64,000 nucleotides of DNA from Eledone cirrhosa. Taxonomy: Eukaryota. How positions within the stretch are numbered: the first letter of the stretch is position 1; every line of letters begins with the position of its first letter. The stretch spans positions 54,188,001 to 54,252,000 of the forward strand of contig OZ024740.1 in the NCBI GenBank assembly GCA_964016885.1, in the 5' to 3' direction. The notes beneath the pieces were generated by a model, which ran no database searches, was not told the DNA's origin, and saw nothing but the letters and a program-made list of their open reading frames with translations. The position numbers were made by a program, and so were the translations under genes. Of this stretch, positions 26,028-39,049 are shown in pieces.

Positions 26028-26490
26028 TCTATAGATCTAAAACAGAGAATGTCTGTCTGTCTGTCAGATCACTAAAACTCGAGAACCACCCAACCGATTG
26101 TTTTCAATCTTTACACATGTAATATGTATGGTCCTGTGAGTGTTTTGAGAGAAGAAATTTCAAATTTCCAATGCCCTAAGGACCGCATTAGGCGATTTAG
26201 CGATCTCTCTCTATAATTCTTAGTCTTTCTCTTTTTAGATAGATACATAGATATAATGATGCGCCCTTATAATATCTGTCTGTATGCTTGGCTGTCTGCA
26301 TTACGACATTATGACGCGGTGTTTGTGTGTGTGTATATGTATATAAAGTGTGTGTATATATATATATATATATGTAGAGTGTAACGTTTTTCGAAATATT
26401 TACTTCTGCGTGCACAGATTGATTTTTTTAGTTTCCGAAGGTCCCGTTAAGGGCGAAAGCAGCGATTCCTTGCTTAAACTTTAATCTGTT

Positions 26491-26549
<59 letters not shown>

Positions 26550-26688
26550 GTGTACATATGTTTTTGCATACACAATAACAAAATATAAACAAACGTATTT
26601 TTTTCACGAGGCTCGATAATGATAAATATATATCAAATATATAAGAACCCTAGAGCAAATCCCGAGCAACGCCGGGCCATTCTGCTAG
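26028..26688 (+). mobile_element. Non-autonomous Helitron-like element containing nested PLE pseudo-LTR fragments
   Basis: A|TCTATAG.. 5' end followed by (GTCT)n; 3' hairpin CCCGAGCAACGCCGGG then CTAG|T. Confidence 0.6.
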
Positions 26689-27361
26689 TCATATCTAAAT
26701 AAATTGGTATATTCCAGAATATGTTCGATCGTCATTCTACCACCATTTATTGTATATATTGTCATAACCCATTTACTATTGCTTTTAAAAATACTCTATT
26801 TTATGTAACCCTAGGCAATTGTTTTTTCGTAACCTCAAAATATTCTGAAGGTATTTAACATATTCATTCAACGTTTATTACGTTAGATAATAAAGATAAG
26901 TAACTAGAATTTAATTTAAAACAATCGAACATATTTTCATTACAGCGTTGAATCCCATGTATGTTTGTGGGTACATATAGTATATACTTATTTACATATA
27001 TGTAAGCACCTGCATATATATATTTAGTATGCATATATGTGTCTATACATTTATATGTATGTATATATATATATGTTTGGGTGTACATGTGCAATTGTAT
27101 ATATATGTACATTCCATCCACCACTTCATCTTACCATTCCCCCTATATTTTCACTAACCCCTATACACCCACCTTCACATTCACCACCTGCCTCCCACTG
27201 GTCAGTGAAAATGTTATGGCTATGCACATTATCATTTTCTTCAAACAGCTCTATCTTCCACCCACTGCAAACATCACCCTTTCTAGCCTATCTTATTTAT
27301 CGTTCTTCATTTAACCCTCCCTCTACCTCGAGTCTTTGTTTACTTACACTGCAACATTAGT

Positions 27362-27411
27362 TCTTGTCTGATGACCCTGTGATAAACAGGCGAATCTCGA
27401 GAGCAACAAGA
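27362..27411 (+). ncRNA. Degenerate hammerhead motif
   Basis: TCTTGT-CTGATGA-C-CCTGT(GATAA)ACAGG-C-GAAT-CTCGAG-AGCA-ACAAGA; GAAA and NUH altered. Confidence 0.45.
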
Positions 27412-27639
27412 CTCACTATTTTGCCTTAATAAGAGGAATATATATGCAGATTAAATACGTTATAACGAATTTTTCTGCATAAACAACATTTTTTCAGTCC
27501 CCGACGTATTAACAAATAAACGCTTGATTTGTTTCAGTCGATCTCGTTATAAAGAATTTTTCGTTACAATGAATTTTTTTATACTCCATTAATTTCGTTA
27601 TAACGGAATTTCACTGATATATATTTGCAAAAGATTTTT

Positions 27640-28340
27640 GCAATTGTTTTGTCTTTCGTTTCTTAATCCACTGGACAGCGTTTGGCTTGTGTCAGACAAT
27701 GTGGAGTTGGGTGTACTAGCAGTACCTTTGGTAGGGGTGGAAACTGCCAGTCCACCTCATCGGCCGATGACCCTGGAATTCTGTGTCTTTTGTTTGTATT
27801 TTTATTTAAGGTTCCTTTTAAAAACTGATTTTCGTTTTGCCTTGTTTTCGTCCGTTGTGTTGCCCTCTCTGTGAATTTTCCTCAGTTTATCATTAATAAT
27901 CTGTGACGAACATGTTATCTCTTCTCTCCATTGATTTAAATAGCTTAATATTTTTTTAACACGACATCTTACTTTTTTCTATTTGCTTTGTTTACTTCCC
28001 TTTTTCTTTTCTCATTCTTTGTGTCATACCCGAGACTCTCATGCGATAAGACGCACCACACTTTTCGCCGACGTCACACAAATTATATGTGTACTAGTCA
28101 TAGCTTAATTGTTATGAATTAATGTTTTGTCTTTCGTCTCTTACACCACTGGATAGCGTTTGGTGTGAGTCAGACGCTGTGACCCAGGATGTACTAGCCG
28201 TAGGGGTCGAAACTGCTAAAGTCTGCCTCAACTTCGATGACCTTATAGTAGTGTGTCTTTCGTTTGTATTATTATTTTTTGAAACAAAATATTTTAAGGT
28301 TTCTCTTAAAAATGTTTTCCTCTTTGCCTTCTTTTCGCAT
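27640..28340 (+). repeat. Two diverged copies (about 490 bp apart) of an unclassified repeat
   Basis: TTGTCTTTCGT..CCACTGGA.AGCGTTTGG...GTAGGGGT.GAAACTGC at about 27650 and 28127. Confidence 0.55.
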
Positions 28341-28627
28341 ACATATATATATATATGATAAATTAAGGAATATTAACAAAGAGGACCAGACAGCGGACGA
28401 AAACAAGACAAAGGGGAAAACATTTATTAAGGGAAAACTTATATATATATATATATAGGAAAAAGTTTAACCTGGACTCCAGAAATATCCGTCGAAGCGG
28501 CTTGAACTCTGCCGTCGGGATCCCGAACCTTTTCCTATTACCCCCCTCTACTACCCTAAGTAATGAGTACTCTGGTGCGTTATGGTCCATCTGGTTCCTT
28601 ACCAGACCTCTTTCGTTATATATATAT

Positions 28628-28757
28628 ATGGAAAAAATGAAACGAAATTTCCTTTCTCACTCTTAGTACGGCTGTTACTTAAATATATGTATGTATACGC
28701 ACATACATATATCTATACAGACGTACAGTAGTATATATATATATATATACATACATG

Positions 28758-28814
<57 letters not shown>

Positions 28815-29835
28815 ACGTAAGGATTTACCGAACATTTATTATAATGCTCGGTTTGTTTGTAAACAAACATCCCGAATTAAGCCGTTCAGTGTTTAGCAAC
28901 CATCGTTGCCCTTTTGTTCAACACTGACAAAGGAACCATGTACTAGTTTCAAGCTTATTAGCTATCGTCAACATCGTATACCTTCCTGCCAGATGATTGA
29001 ACGTCTGAAAGTATATACTTTCCTTATGCATATTAATGGCTGAGCAGCTTAATTTTCATATCGCGTGAGTTATTCGGCCAGGGGCACGGAAAAAGATAAA
29101 TGGAAAAAATGAAACGAAATTTCCTTTCTCACTCTTCTGGCAGGAAGGTATACGATGCTGACGATTGCTAATAAGCTTGAAACTAGTACATCGTTCCTTT
29201 GTCAGTGTTGAACAAAAGAGCAACGATGGTTGCTAAACACTGATCGGCTTAATTCGGGATGTTTGTTTACAAACAAACCGAGCATTATAATAAATGTTCG
29301 GTAAATCCATACGTACATATATATATATATATATGCGTGCATGGATGTATATATATACATACTACTGTACGTCTGTATACATATATGTATGTACGTATAC
29401 ATACTTATATTTAAGTAACAGCCGTACTAAGAGAGAAAAAGGAAATTTCGTTTCATTTTTTCCATTTATCGTTTTCGGTGCGCCCGGCTGATTAATTCAC
29501 TCGATATGCAAATTAGGCTGCTCAGCCGTTAATCTGCATAAGGAAAGTATATTCTTTCAGACGTTCAATCATCTGGCAGGAAGGTATACGGTGCTGGCGA
29601 TAGCTAATAAGCTTCAAACTAATACATCGTTCCTTTGTCAGTGTTGAACAAAAGGGCAACGATGGTTGCTAAACACTGTACGGCTTAATTCGGGATGTTT
29701 GTTTACAAACAAACCGAACATTATAATAAATGTTCGGTAAATCCTTACGTACATGTATATATATATATGTGTGCCTGTATGTATATATACATACTACTGT
29801 ACGTCTGTATAGATATATGTATGTACGTATACATA

Positions 29836-29840
<5 letters not shown>
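28628..29840. repeat. Head-to-head array of an about 435-bp hammerhead-bearing unit (antisense arm 28628-29136, sense arm 29137-29840)
   Basis: Arms are reverse complements, with TA tracts at both ends; further fragments at 30862-31076 and 32790-32970. Confidence 0.8.
29152..29194 (+). ncRNA. Type I hammerhead ribozyme (435-bp family)
   Basis: ACGATG-CTGACGA-TTGCT(AATA)AGCTT-GAAA-CTAG-TA-CATCGT; variant copies at 28935-28977 (-) and 29588-29630 (+). Confidence 0.8.
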
Positions 29841-29879
<39 letters not shown>

Positions 29880-29881
<2 letters not shown>

Positions 29882-30164
29882 TAAACGGAATAGAAAATGC
29901 TGATAAATTGTTCACAGTTGAAAAATGGTTTAATTAGGAATAAAAGAGTATTAGTGATTGTATGGGTTAGTATTCAGTTGTGGTTTTAAGTTTTTAAGTT
30001 TTTACCGGTTGCGCATTTCTAAATGCTTTTCAAAAATAATTTTGAGATAGAGTGTCCGTGTTGTTTGCTCTGATCTGATTAGTTTTTGGAATTCTACTTG
30101 TTTTTATGTTAAAAAAGTGGCTCCAGCGCTACTTGGTGTTTGCAAAAAAACCACCTTACTACTA

Positions 30165-30236
<72 letters not shown>

Positions 30237-30785
30237 TCACACACACACACACATATTTGTTGTGAAAGAGTCATTTCTCAATCTTGACGCAAAACCAATT
30301 TTTTATTCACATGACCTCTACCGACCAATCAAAATTGTTTTGACCACAAGAATTTTTGCAAACACCAAGTAGCGCTGGAGCCACTTTTTTAACATAAAAA
30401 CAGTCTTGGCGCAAAATCAATTTTATACATTCACATGACCTCTACCGACCAATCAAAATTGTTTTGACCACAATAATATTTGCAACACCAAAGTAACGCT
30501 GGAGCCACTTTTTTAACATAAAACAGGTAGAATTCCCAAAACTAATCAGATCAGAGCAAACAACACGGACACTCTATCTCAAAATTATTTTTGAAAAGCA
30601 TTTAGAAATGCGCAACCGGTAAAAACTTAAAAACTTAAAACCACAACTGAATACTAACCCATACAATCACTAATAATCTTTTATTCCTAATTAAACCATT
30701 TTTCAACTGTGAACAATTTATCAGCATTTTCTATTCCGTTTACCAATATATAATAACTTGTGTGTTACACCTCTATTCTTTTAAC
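29880..30785. repeat. Inverted-repeat element of an unclassified TA-inserted family (third copy at 33500-33770)
   Basis: 29880-30150 is the reverse complement of about 30480-30745; internal tandem duplication at 30285-30525. Confidence 0.75.
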
Positions 30786-30800
30786 TATATATATATATAC

Positions 30801-30867
<67 letters not shown>

Positions 30868-31096
30868 CAAACCGAGCATTGTAATAAATGTTCGGTAAAC
30901 CGATACGTGCATATATATATATATATGTCTGCATGTATGTATATATATACATACCACTGTACTTCTGTATACATATATGCATGTACGTATACATGCATAC
31001 ATACTTACATTTAAGTATTTAAGTAACTGCCTTATTAAGAGTGAGAAATGAAATTTCGTTTCATTCTATTCCATTCATATATATATATATATATAT

Positions 31097-32520
31097 ATTG
31101 GAATAAATGCTCTGAAATAGCGATATATATGTGAATATAGACATAGAATATTCGAAAATATTCTGTATGTTTATAATAAACATTTTGAAGACCTAATCGC
31201 TATAGAATAGAATACGTCACGTATTATAATTAGATTCTCGATAAAAGCAAGGGAAGTAATCTACGCGTTTCATTCTTATTAGAAATCTTCAGGACTACAT
31301 ATCCAGTGCTTTTATCGAGAATGACACAGCTAGAGACTTATAGAATACTTAGCTGTGTACTGGAACTGGTTTGAAAGAGCGGTTGCCGGTCCGGCAGAAA
31401 TTAGAAATTGGAATAAATGCTCTGAAATAGCGATATATATGTGAATATAGACATAGAATATTCGAAAATATTCTGTATGTTTATAATAAACATTTTGAAG
31501 ACCTAATCGCTATAGAATAGAATACGTCACGTATTATAATTAGATTCTCGATAAAAGCAAGGGAAGTAATCTACGCGTTTCATTCTTATTAGAAATCTTC
31601 AGGACTACATATCCAGTGCTTTTATCGAGAATGACACAGCTAGAGACTTATAGAATACTTAGCTGTGTACTGGAACTGGTTTGAAAGAGCGGTTGCCGGT
31701 CCGGCAGAAATTAGAAATTGGAATAAATGCTCTGAAATAGCGATATATATGTGAATATAGACATAGAATATTCGAAAATATTCTGTATGTTTATAATAAA
31801 CATTTTGAAGACCTAATCGCTATAGAATAGCGATTAGGTCTTCAAAATGTTTATTATAAACATACAGAATATTTTCGAATATTCTATGTCTATATTCACA
31901 TATATATCGCTATTTCAGAGCATTTATTCCAATTTCTAATTTCTGCCGGACCGGCAACCGCTCTTTCAAACCAGTTCCAGTACACAGCTAAGTATTCTAT
32001 AAGTCTCTAGCTGTGTCATTCTCGATAAAAGCACTGGATATGTAGTCCTGAAGATTTCTAATAAGAATGAAACGCGTAGATTACTTCCCTTGCTTTTATC
32101 GAGAATCTAATTATAATACGTGACGTATTCTATTCTATAGCGATTAGGTCTTCAAAATGTTTATTATAAACATACAGAATATTTTCGAATATTCTATGTC
32201 TATATTCACATATATATCGCTATTTCAGAGCATTTATTCCAATTTCTAATTTCTGCCGGACCGGCAACCGCTCTTTCAAACCAGTTCCAGTACACAGCTA
32301 AGTATTCTATAAGTCTCTAGCTGTGTCATTCTCGATAAAAGCACTGGATATGTAGTCCTGAAGATTTCTAATAAGAATGAAACGCGTAGATTACTTCCCT
32401 TGCTTTTATCGAGAATCTAATTATAATACGTGACGTATTCTATTCTATAGCGATTAGGTCTTCAAAATGTTTATTATAAACATACAGAATATTTTCGAAT
32501 ATTCTATGTCTATATTCATA
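31097..32520. repeat. Palindromic (head-to-head) array of the 310-bp hammerhead unit, centre 31825
   Basis: About 2.3 antisense units then about 2.2 sense units; HHRs at 31256-31298 and 31566-31608 (-), 32042-32084 and 32352-32394 (+); TA tracts on both sides. Confidence 0.93.
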
Positions 32521-32876
32521 TATATATATATATATATATAACGAAAGAGGTCTGGTAAGGAACCAGATGGACCAGAACGCACCAGAGTACTCACTACTTA
32601 GGGTAGTAGAGTGGGTAATATTAAAAGGTTCAGGACACCGACGGCAGAGTTCAAGCGGATTCGACGGCTATTTCTGGACTCCAGAAACGGCATGAACTCT
32701 GCCATCGGGGTCCCGAATCTTTTCCTATTACCCTCTCTACTACCCAAAGTATCGAGTATTCTGGTGCGTTAAACAATTATATATATATATAATTGTTTGT
32801 AAACCGTAATTCGGGCTGTTTGTTTCCAAACAAACCGAGCAAACCGAGCATTATAATAAATGTGTGCATGTATATA

Positions 32877-32918
<42 letters not shown>

Positions 32919-32972
32919 CTACTGTACGTATGTATACATATATGTATGTACGTATACATACATACTTACATT

Positions 32973-33058
<86 letters not shown>

Positions 33059-33874
33059 CTATATTATATTTAGAGTTATAAACTCAAATAGTCCTTTACA
33101 ATTAATTAGCTCAAAGAAAGAAGCATTTCTGAGCCGTGAAGTACAAGTTAATATAAATTAATATATGATAAACACTAATATAGACATATTAGTGTTTGTA
33201 TTGTAAATGACCAAGTTAGCTAGATTGAAAAATACTAATTAAATAAATACAGTTTGCCTGTCTCGATTTAAAATAATAAATCAATAAAAACAAACCCATA
33301 TTGGTAATAACCGTGATACCCGGACAAATTTAAATTTTAAAATCCAAACCTGTTCCGTAGAAAAATTTAAATTTCAAAACCCAAATAAGTTTCGCAACGA
33401 TAATTTAAAAAAGTGAAAGATTCCAATTTCTGTGTTCATCGGCAGGTATCCAGAAAATTAGCATGTTTCACCTCGAATATATATATATATATATATATAA
33501 ATAAAAGAATAGTGGTGTAACACACGAGTTGTGATATATTAGTAAAAGGAAAAGAAAATGCTGACAAATTTTTCCCAGTGAAAATTTGTCAGCAGTTTCT
33601 TTTCCTCGTTAAAAGCTATGACCTTTAAACTTGTTTAATTAGGAATAAGTAAAAATTAGTAATAAGTATTGTTTAGTATTCAGTTTTAGTTTTAAGTTTT
33701 TACCGGTTGTGCATTTCTAATGCTTTTCAAAAATAATTTTGAGATAGAGCGCCCGTGATGTTTGCGGACCCCGATTGGCAGAGTTCAAGCCGTTTCGACG
33801 ACTATTTCTGGAGTCCAGAAATAGCCGTCGAAGCGGCTTGAGCCCTGCCGTCGGGGTCGTGAACATTTTCCTAC

Positions 33875-33914
<40 letters not shown>

Positions 33915-35990
33915 GTACCTATTTTAACCGAATGCCATCGATTTGAGAATATCTTCCAGCCGTCCCCAGTTTCTAGACTCTCAAAAGAACTTAAGCCGTC
34001 ATTGATACTTACCTTTCCTCTTGGACTAAACATTAAAAATAATCTGTATCTCAACCGTTTTAACAAATCATTAAGATTATTATATGCTAAAATATAATGC
34101 ACATATCAATCAAGTCATACATCTTTGTATAATATATTTAAACATTGTGTACATCCATATTATTGTTCTTCTCTACCTGATAAAAATAACTTATTTGACA
34201 GTACATATTTTTCCATGTATGTTACCAACATTATCACACGATTTCTATTCGATAAACATTTTCTAAAAATATATGCATTCATTGTCAAGGAATTTGCAAG
34301 CCTTTACAAAGTAACAGAAACAATTTGAATGGTAATTACTGTAGCCGTAATTCTTTTGCTCGTTAAAAGCCTTTACACAAATAACAAGCAAATTCGCATA
34401 CACTCCTTTCTACGCATCCCTATCCCCTCTCATCCTACTGATTTCAAATACTTCTACATTTTAAATGCATGTATTTCATCCCAAATCTCTAGCAGTCGTA
34501 TTGAGTTTCTCTCCCAAGGCGCTACAATAAAATGCATGAATAATTCTTATCCTCTTGAACTGAAATATATCCTTAAAATTCCAGGTAAAATAGAAGCCAT
34601 AACATACTCATGTACGTATTTTAACTTTCCTGTCTAGGAGAACACCTATAAAGCATAGATGCTGCACTTCCTCTGAAGACGATTACATAAAGTTTGTATC
34701 TTGTCCTTAAATTAAAAAAATATATATATATCATACTACAAAATGCACTGAACATATTAAAATCAATATTAGCAGCTCTATATTTCGAATTAACGTAAGA
34801 TTACATATTTTAAACATAATAACCAAAGACCAATCATGGAAAATTAAGATAATCTAACATGCCACTTAAATTTCACAAGATATAGTTTTAAATATCAATA
34901 TATTTTATTAATGTATAATTTATATTCTGAGCGCCGTAAAGATTTATGGTTATCTTATCTTTTATAGAGGTATATTCCCATTGACAAAGTCCCTTAAATA
35001 ACGTGGCAAGTTATGGATATGAAAGGCATAAGCAAATGCATAACCATAGAATTTCAATGAAAATATTTAATAAGTTAAGCCACTTTTTTGTTCATCTTGT
35101 TAGAGTTGTTTCATTTAGACCCAAGTCATCTTTACTCCAGTGAATATACGGTCAAAAGCGGACCAGACGTAAATATTCCAACTATTTGTCGAATATAGTG
35201 TATCAAGAAGTAAGCTGCTATTTCTAAATGGTTGATCGAAAGCGAAGGAGTGTAAACATATATCGTGCCATGCATCGACTTTGATCTACCTATGATAATA
35301 TTTCTCAATATTGTATAGCCGTATTCCAATATTGATAATTCACGCTTAACACATTTAATGTTTAGCTTTCTGAGACATCAATAAATTAAAATACATCATT
35401 ATCCATAGAAATTGCTTTAATTCTGTTCACTGTAAATGCATTACTTTTGTAAATGCATTTACTATTGCTTAATAAAATAAGATGGGTTGATTTAAGGTAG
35501 ATGTGGCTGCTATTTCTAAATGTTCGTAAAATGCCTCCAAATGTTTCCCAATTCCTATGCTGAGAGGACGGAACCTTACTTAGTGCAAGCAGCCCAATAG
35601 ACGTAAGTTGAAAGGAAGATCATTCTTCTCTGTTGTTTCTAACATAAAATGAATAATTTTGTTGTTATATTTCTTATCATTCCTTTATTTTCTTGGTGAT
35701 AATTTAATAATAATTAGGATTATTTTTTCTTTTAGTATTCCATGAAGGGAAACGATTTTCTTCATTTGTTATGATATATTTTTCACCCGGAACACTTATT
35801 TTTCACTGATATTTAATAGAATCTATTGAATGGTGTATATTGTCGCTGCTTCACATGACACGATTTTCTGACTCTTGTAAATAATTATACAACGCCATAG
35901 GTATGAAACGATTAAAGCATTTCTCTCTATACCGGGTTAACTAGAAATAATTATTCAACTCCATTCTCATGTGTGAAATAATATTATACA

Positions 35991-36599
35991 TAAACAACAT
36001 CAGATAATTATTTCATTTACCAGTGGTTTCTTGAAGGCAGATGTTGTGTCTGTCTTCAGTCATCAGAATGAATAAATAACATGGTGTTTTTATTAAATAT
36101 GGATTTGAAAACAAAATTTAGGAAATATGAAAGTGAGGCTGAAAAAACGGGCAAAAAGAAATAGGGGAAAACAATTATAAAAAATATATATTAAAAAAAT
36201 GAATATCCAGAACATAAACATACACACACTCAACTACGCGCTTATATGTAATAGTACATAGACGTATACTTTCTCACATAAGCGTATTTACGTCTACAGA
36301 GAAATACAAACAGGAACATAAATACATCCACATACATATACACAGATATATATGCACTCGTGTGTATGTTTATGTTCTGGATATTCATTTTTTTTATATA
36401 TATTTTTTATAATGTTTTTCCTCTATTTCCTTTTTGCCCGTTCTTTTCAGCCTCACTTTCATATTTCCTAAATTTTGTTTTCAAATTCGTATTTAATAAA
36501 AACACCATGTTATTTATTCATTCTGACGACTGAAGACAGACACAACATCTGCCTTCAAGAAACCACTGGTAAATGAAACATTTATCTTATGTTGTTTAT
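35991..36599. repeat. Fold-back inverted repeat (about 235-bp arms), one hammerhead per arm
   Basis: 35991-36225 is the reverse complement of 36361-36599 with several mismatches. Confidence 0.85.
36517..36577 (+). ncRNA. Type I hammerhead ribozyme (antisense twin at 36012-36072)
   Basis: TTCATT-CTGACGA-C-TGAAGACAGA(CACAACA)TCTGCCTTCA-A-GAAA-CCACTGG-TA-AATGAA. Confidence 0.85.
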
Positions 36600-36667
36600 C
36601 ACATAACTAATAAACTCTGTAGCCTACATAGAGCACTTTTTTTCCTGTACCTTTCCGACGGAAATAC

Positions 36668-36776
<109 letters not shown>

Positions 36777-37229
36777 TTTATTTTCAAATGTATTTTTTGC
36801 TTGCAATGCTTACTTGTAATATACTGTACAATTTTACACCTAAATTTCGGAAAACTTTAGCACAACAAATTATAGTTTTTACTCTAGCTTGCATTAGAGC
36901 TATTTAAGGTGTAATATGACTGACGTAGTTATATTTTAGTAAATTATTATATATATGTTTTTTTCCACGCATATTCTCTACCCTGGTATTTGATGTTTTT
37001 CGCCTAGTTTCCCGGGTTTGACAAAATACAAGATTGGTGACTTGCACTTGCTGTACAAACAGCCGTCCAAAGTTTTAACATGGGCGAACTTTGGAGTTAA
37101 GATGGAATCCGCCTATAGATTATCAAATAAATTGTTCTGGCAGACATCCGGCTACTTCGTGATAAGAAGCACTCATCCAGACCTGCTATCAAGAATGTGT
37201 CTGAGGTTCTTATCTCTTCAGAGAGGTGA

Positions 37230-37490
37230 ATCCTCGGGATGGAAAGGCAGTTAAGCAACAGCAATCGAGAATGATAATCCCAATTTTCAAAAAGAGGGAC
37301 AAGATTGTCTGTTCCAATTACACAGGGATCACTATGTTAACCCTCCACCTGTAAAGTCTAAGGTAAGTGTCGGGAAATGAGATGCAAGGAGATTATCGAG
37401 TCTAACCTAGCTTATGAACAGTGCGGTTGTTGCCCCAGACGCTGCACAGCCGACCAAATATTCACAATGCAGTAGGTCTTCGAACTCAAA
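37230..37490 (+). mobile_element. Decayed RTE-type reverse transcriptase fragment
   Basis: IIPIFKKRDKIVCSNYTGITML...EQCGCCPRRCTADQIFTMQ*VFE (RT domains 0-2). Confidence 0.75.
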
Positions 37491-37631
37491 AAGTTGTCCA
37501 GGAGTATGGCCTCGATGATCAGGAACCTGCTGCTCTGATATCTCTATACGAATGCCCGAGTATTTTTGTTCAATGTGGGCGTCGGACACCGGCAAGGGTG
37601 CGCATGCTATCTCCCATGGTCATTATTTACA

Positions 37632-37820
37632 GGATTGGCAGTATCGGTAGAGAGTCGGACACCATTCTTTGAAGCATAGAGTTACGTCCCTTTATGATCT
37701 GAGTTCAAATCCCGCCGAGGTTAACTTTGCCTTTCATCCTTACGGGGGTCGATAAAATAAAGTACCAGTAATGTACTGGGTAATTGCTGGCCTTGTGCCT
37801 AAAATAGAAACAATTATTTA
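37632..37820 (+). mobile_element. tRNA-derived SINE copy
   Basis: Same A/B boxes and core. Confidence 0.85.
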
Positions 37821-37857
37821 CAATAACACGAGTCTGTGTGTGTGCGTGTGTGTGTCT

Positions 37858-37935
<78 letters not shown>

Positions 37936-38042
37936 AATTAATATATCTACCGACATATGTATACAGATACATACCTATGCTAGCAAATATATATGTTTTG
38001 TCTTAGTAACTTTGTGGTTCTATGCAGGGGGATGCAGAACAA

Positions 38043-38467
38043 TTATATGAAAGACGTAAATAAGAAAGTTATGAAAATTGACTTACTTACTAAAATTTCA
38101 CTCCAACTAATTAGTTTCTGTAAGGGGATAAATATAGTTACGTAATATAACTATAGAGAAGCCTTACGTCATCAGGGAGTCTATTATCAGCTAAGCTTGC
38201 AGGCAATGCGGGGACACTGGGAACATATATAAAAATAATGTCTTGGAATCTAGCCCTGCTCGCTTTTTTCCATCCACTGAATTATTTTTATATAAGTTCC
38301 CAGTGTCCCCGCATTGCCTGCAAGCTTAGCTGATAATAGACTCCCTGATGACGTAAGGCTTCTCTATGGTTATATTACGTAACTATATTTATCCCCTTAC
38401 AGAAACTAATTAGTTGGAGTGAAATTTTAGTAAGTAAGTCAATTTTCATAACTTTCTTATTTACGTC

Positions 38468-38478
<11 letters not shown>
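38043..38478. repeat. Fold-back inverted repeat (about 197-bp arms, about 41-bp spacer), one hammerhead per arm
   Basis: 38043-38239 is the near-perfect reverse complement of 38281-38478; the right arm runs into (TA)n. Confidence 0.9.
38340..38420 (+). ncRNA. Type I hammerhead ribozyme (antisense twin at 38100-38180)
   Basis: ACTCC-CTGATGA-C-GTAAGG...CCTTAC-A-GAAA-CTAATTAG-TT-GGAGT; palindromic stem III ACUAAUUAGU. Confidence 0.85.
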
Positions 38479-38506
<28 letters not shown>

Positions 38507-38807
38507 AATAGGAGAGACTGTATCACGTATAGATTTTCAGTTTATTACATCATCCTGTAATAAATGATACCTTCTCTTTTCTTTTTTATAATATTGATAC
38601 TTTGTCTGATGTCATGTAGGTAATAACTTAAATCACCATCGTCGTGGAGTGCTTACCTCTAATTGCACTTCACTCGGTCGATTGCTTGATCAACCAACCT
38701 TGGAATTATATATATATGTATATATATGTATATTTGATTACCTGCACAGGTAATATTTATTAGGATGCTGTTGAAGTGTGAATACATTTGTGGGAGGGAG
38801 GACACTT

Positions 38808-39049
<242 letters not shown>

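Noticed and set aside
33910-35100. Ancient L1-like LINE remnant on the minus strand
   Set aside because: Only faint motif hints; too degenerate to support.
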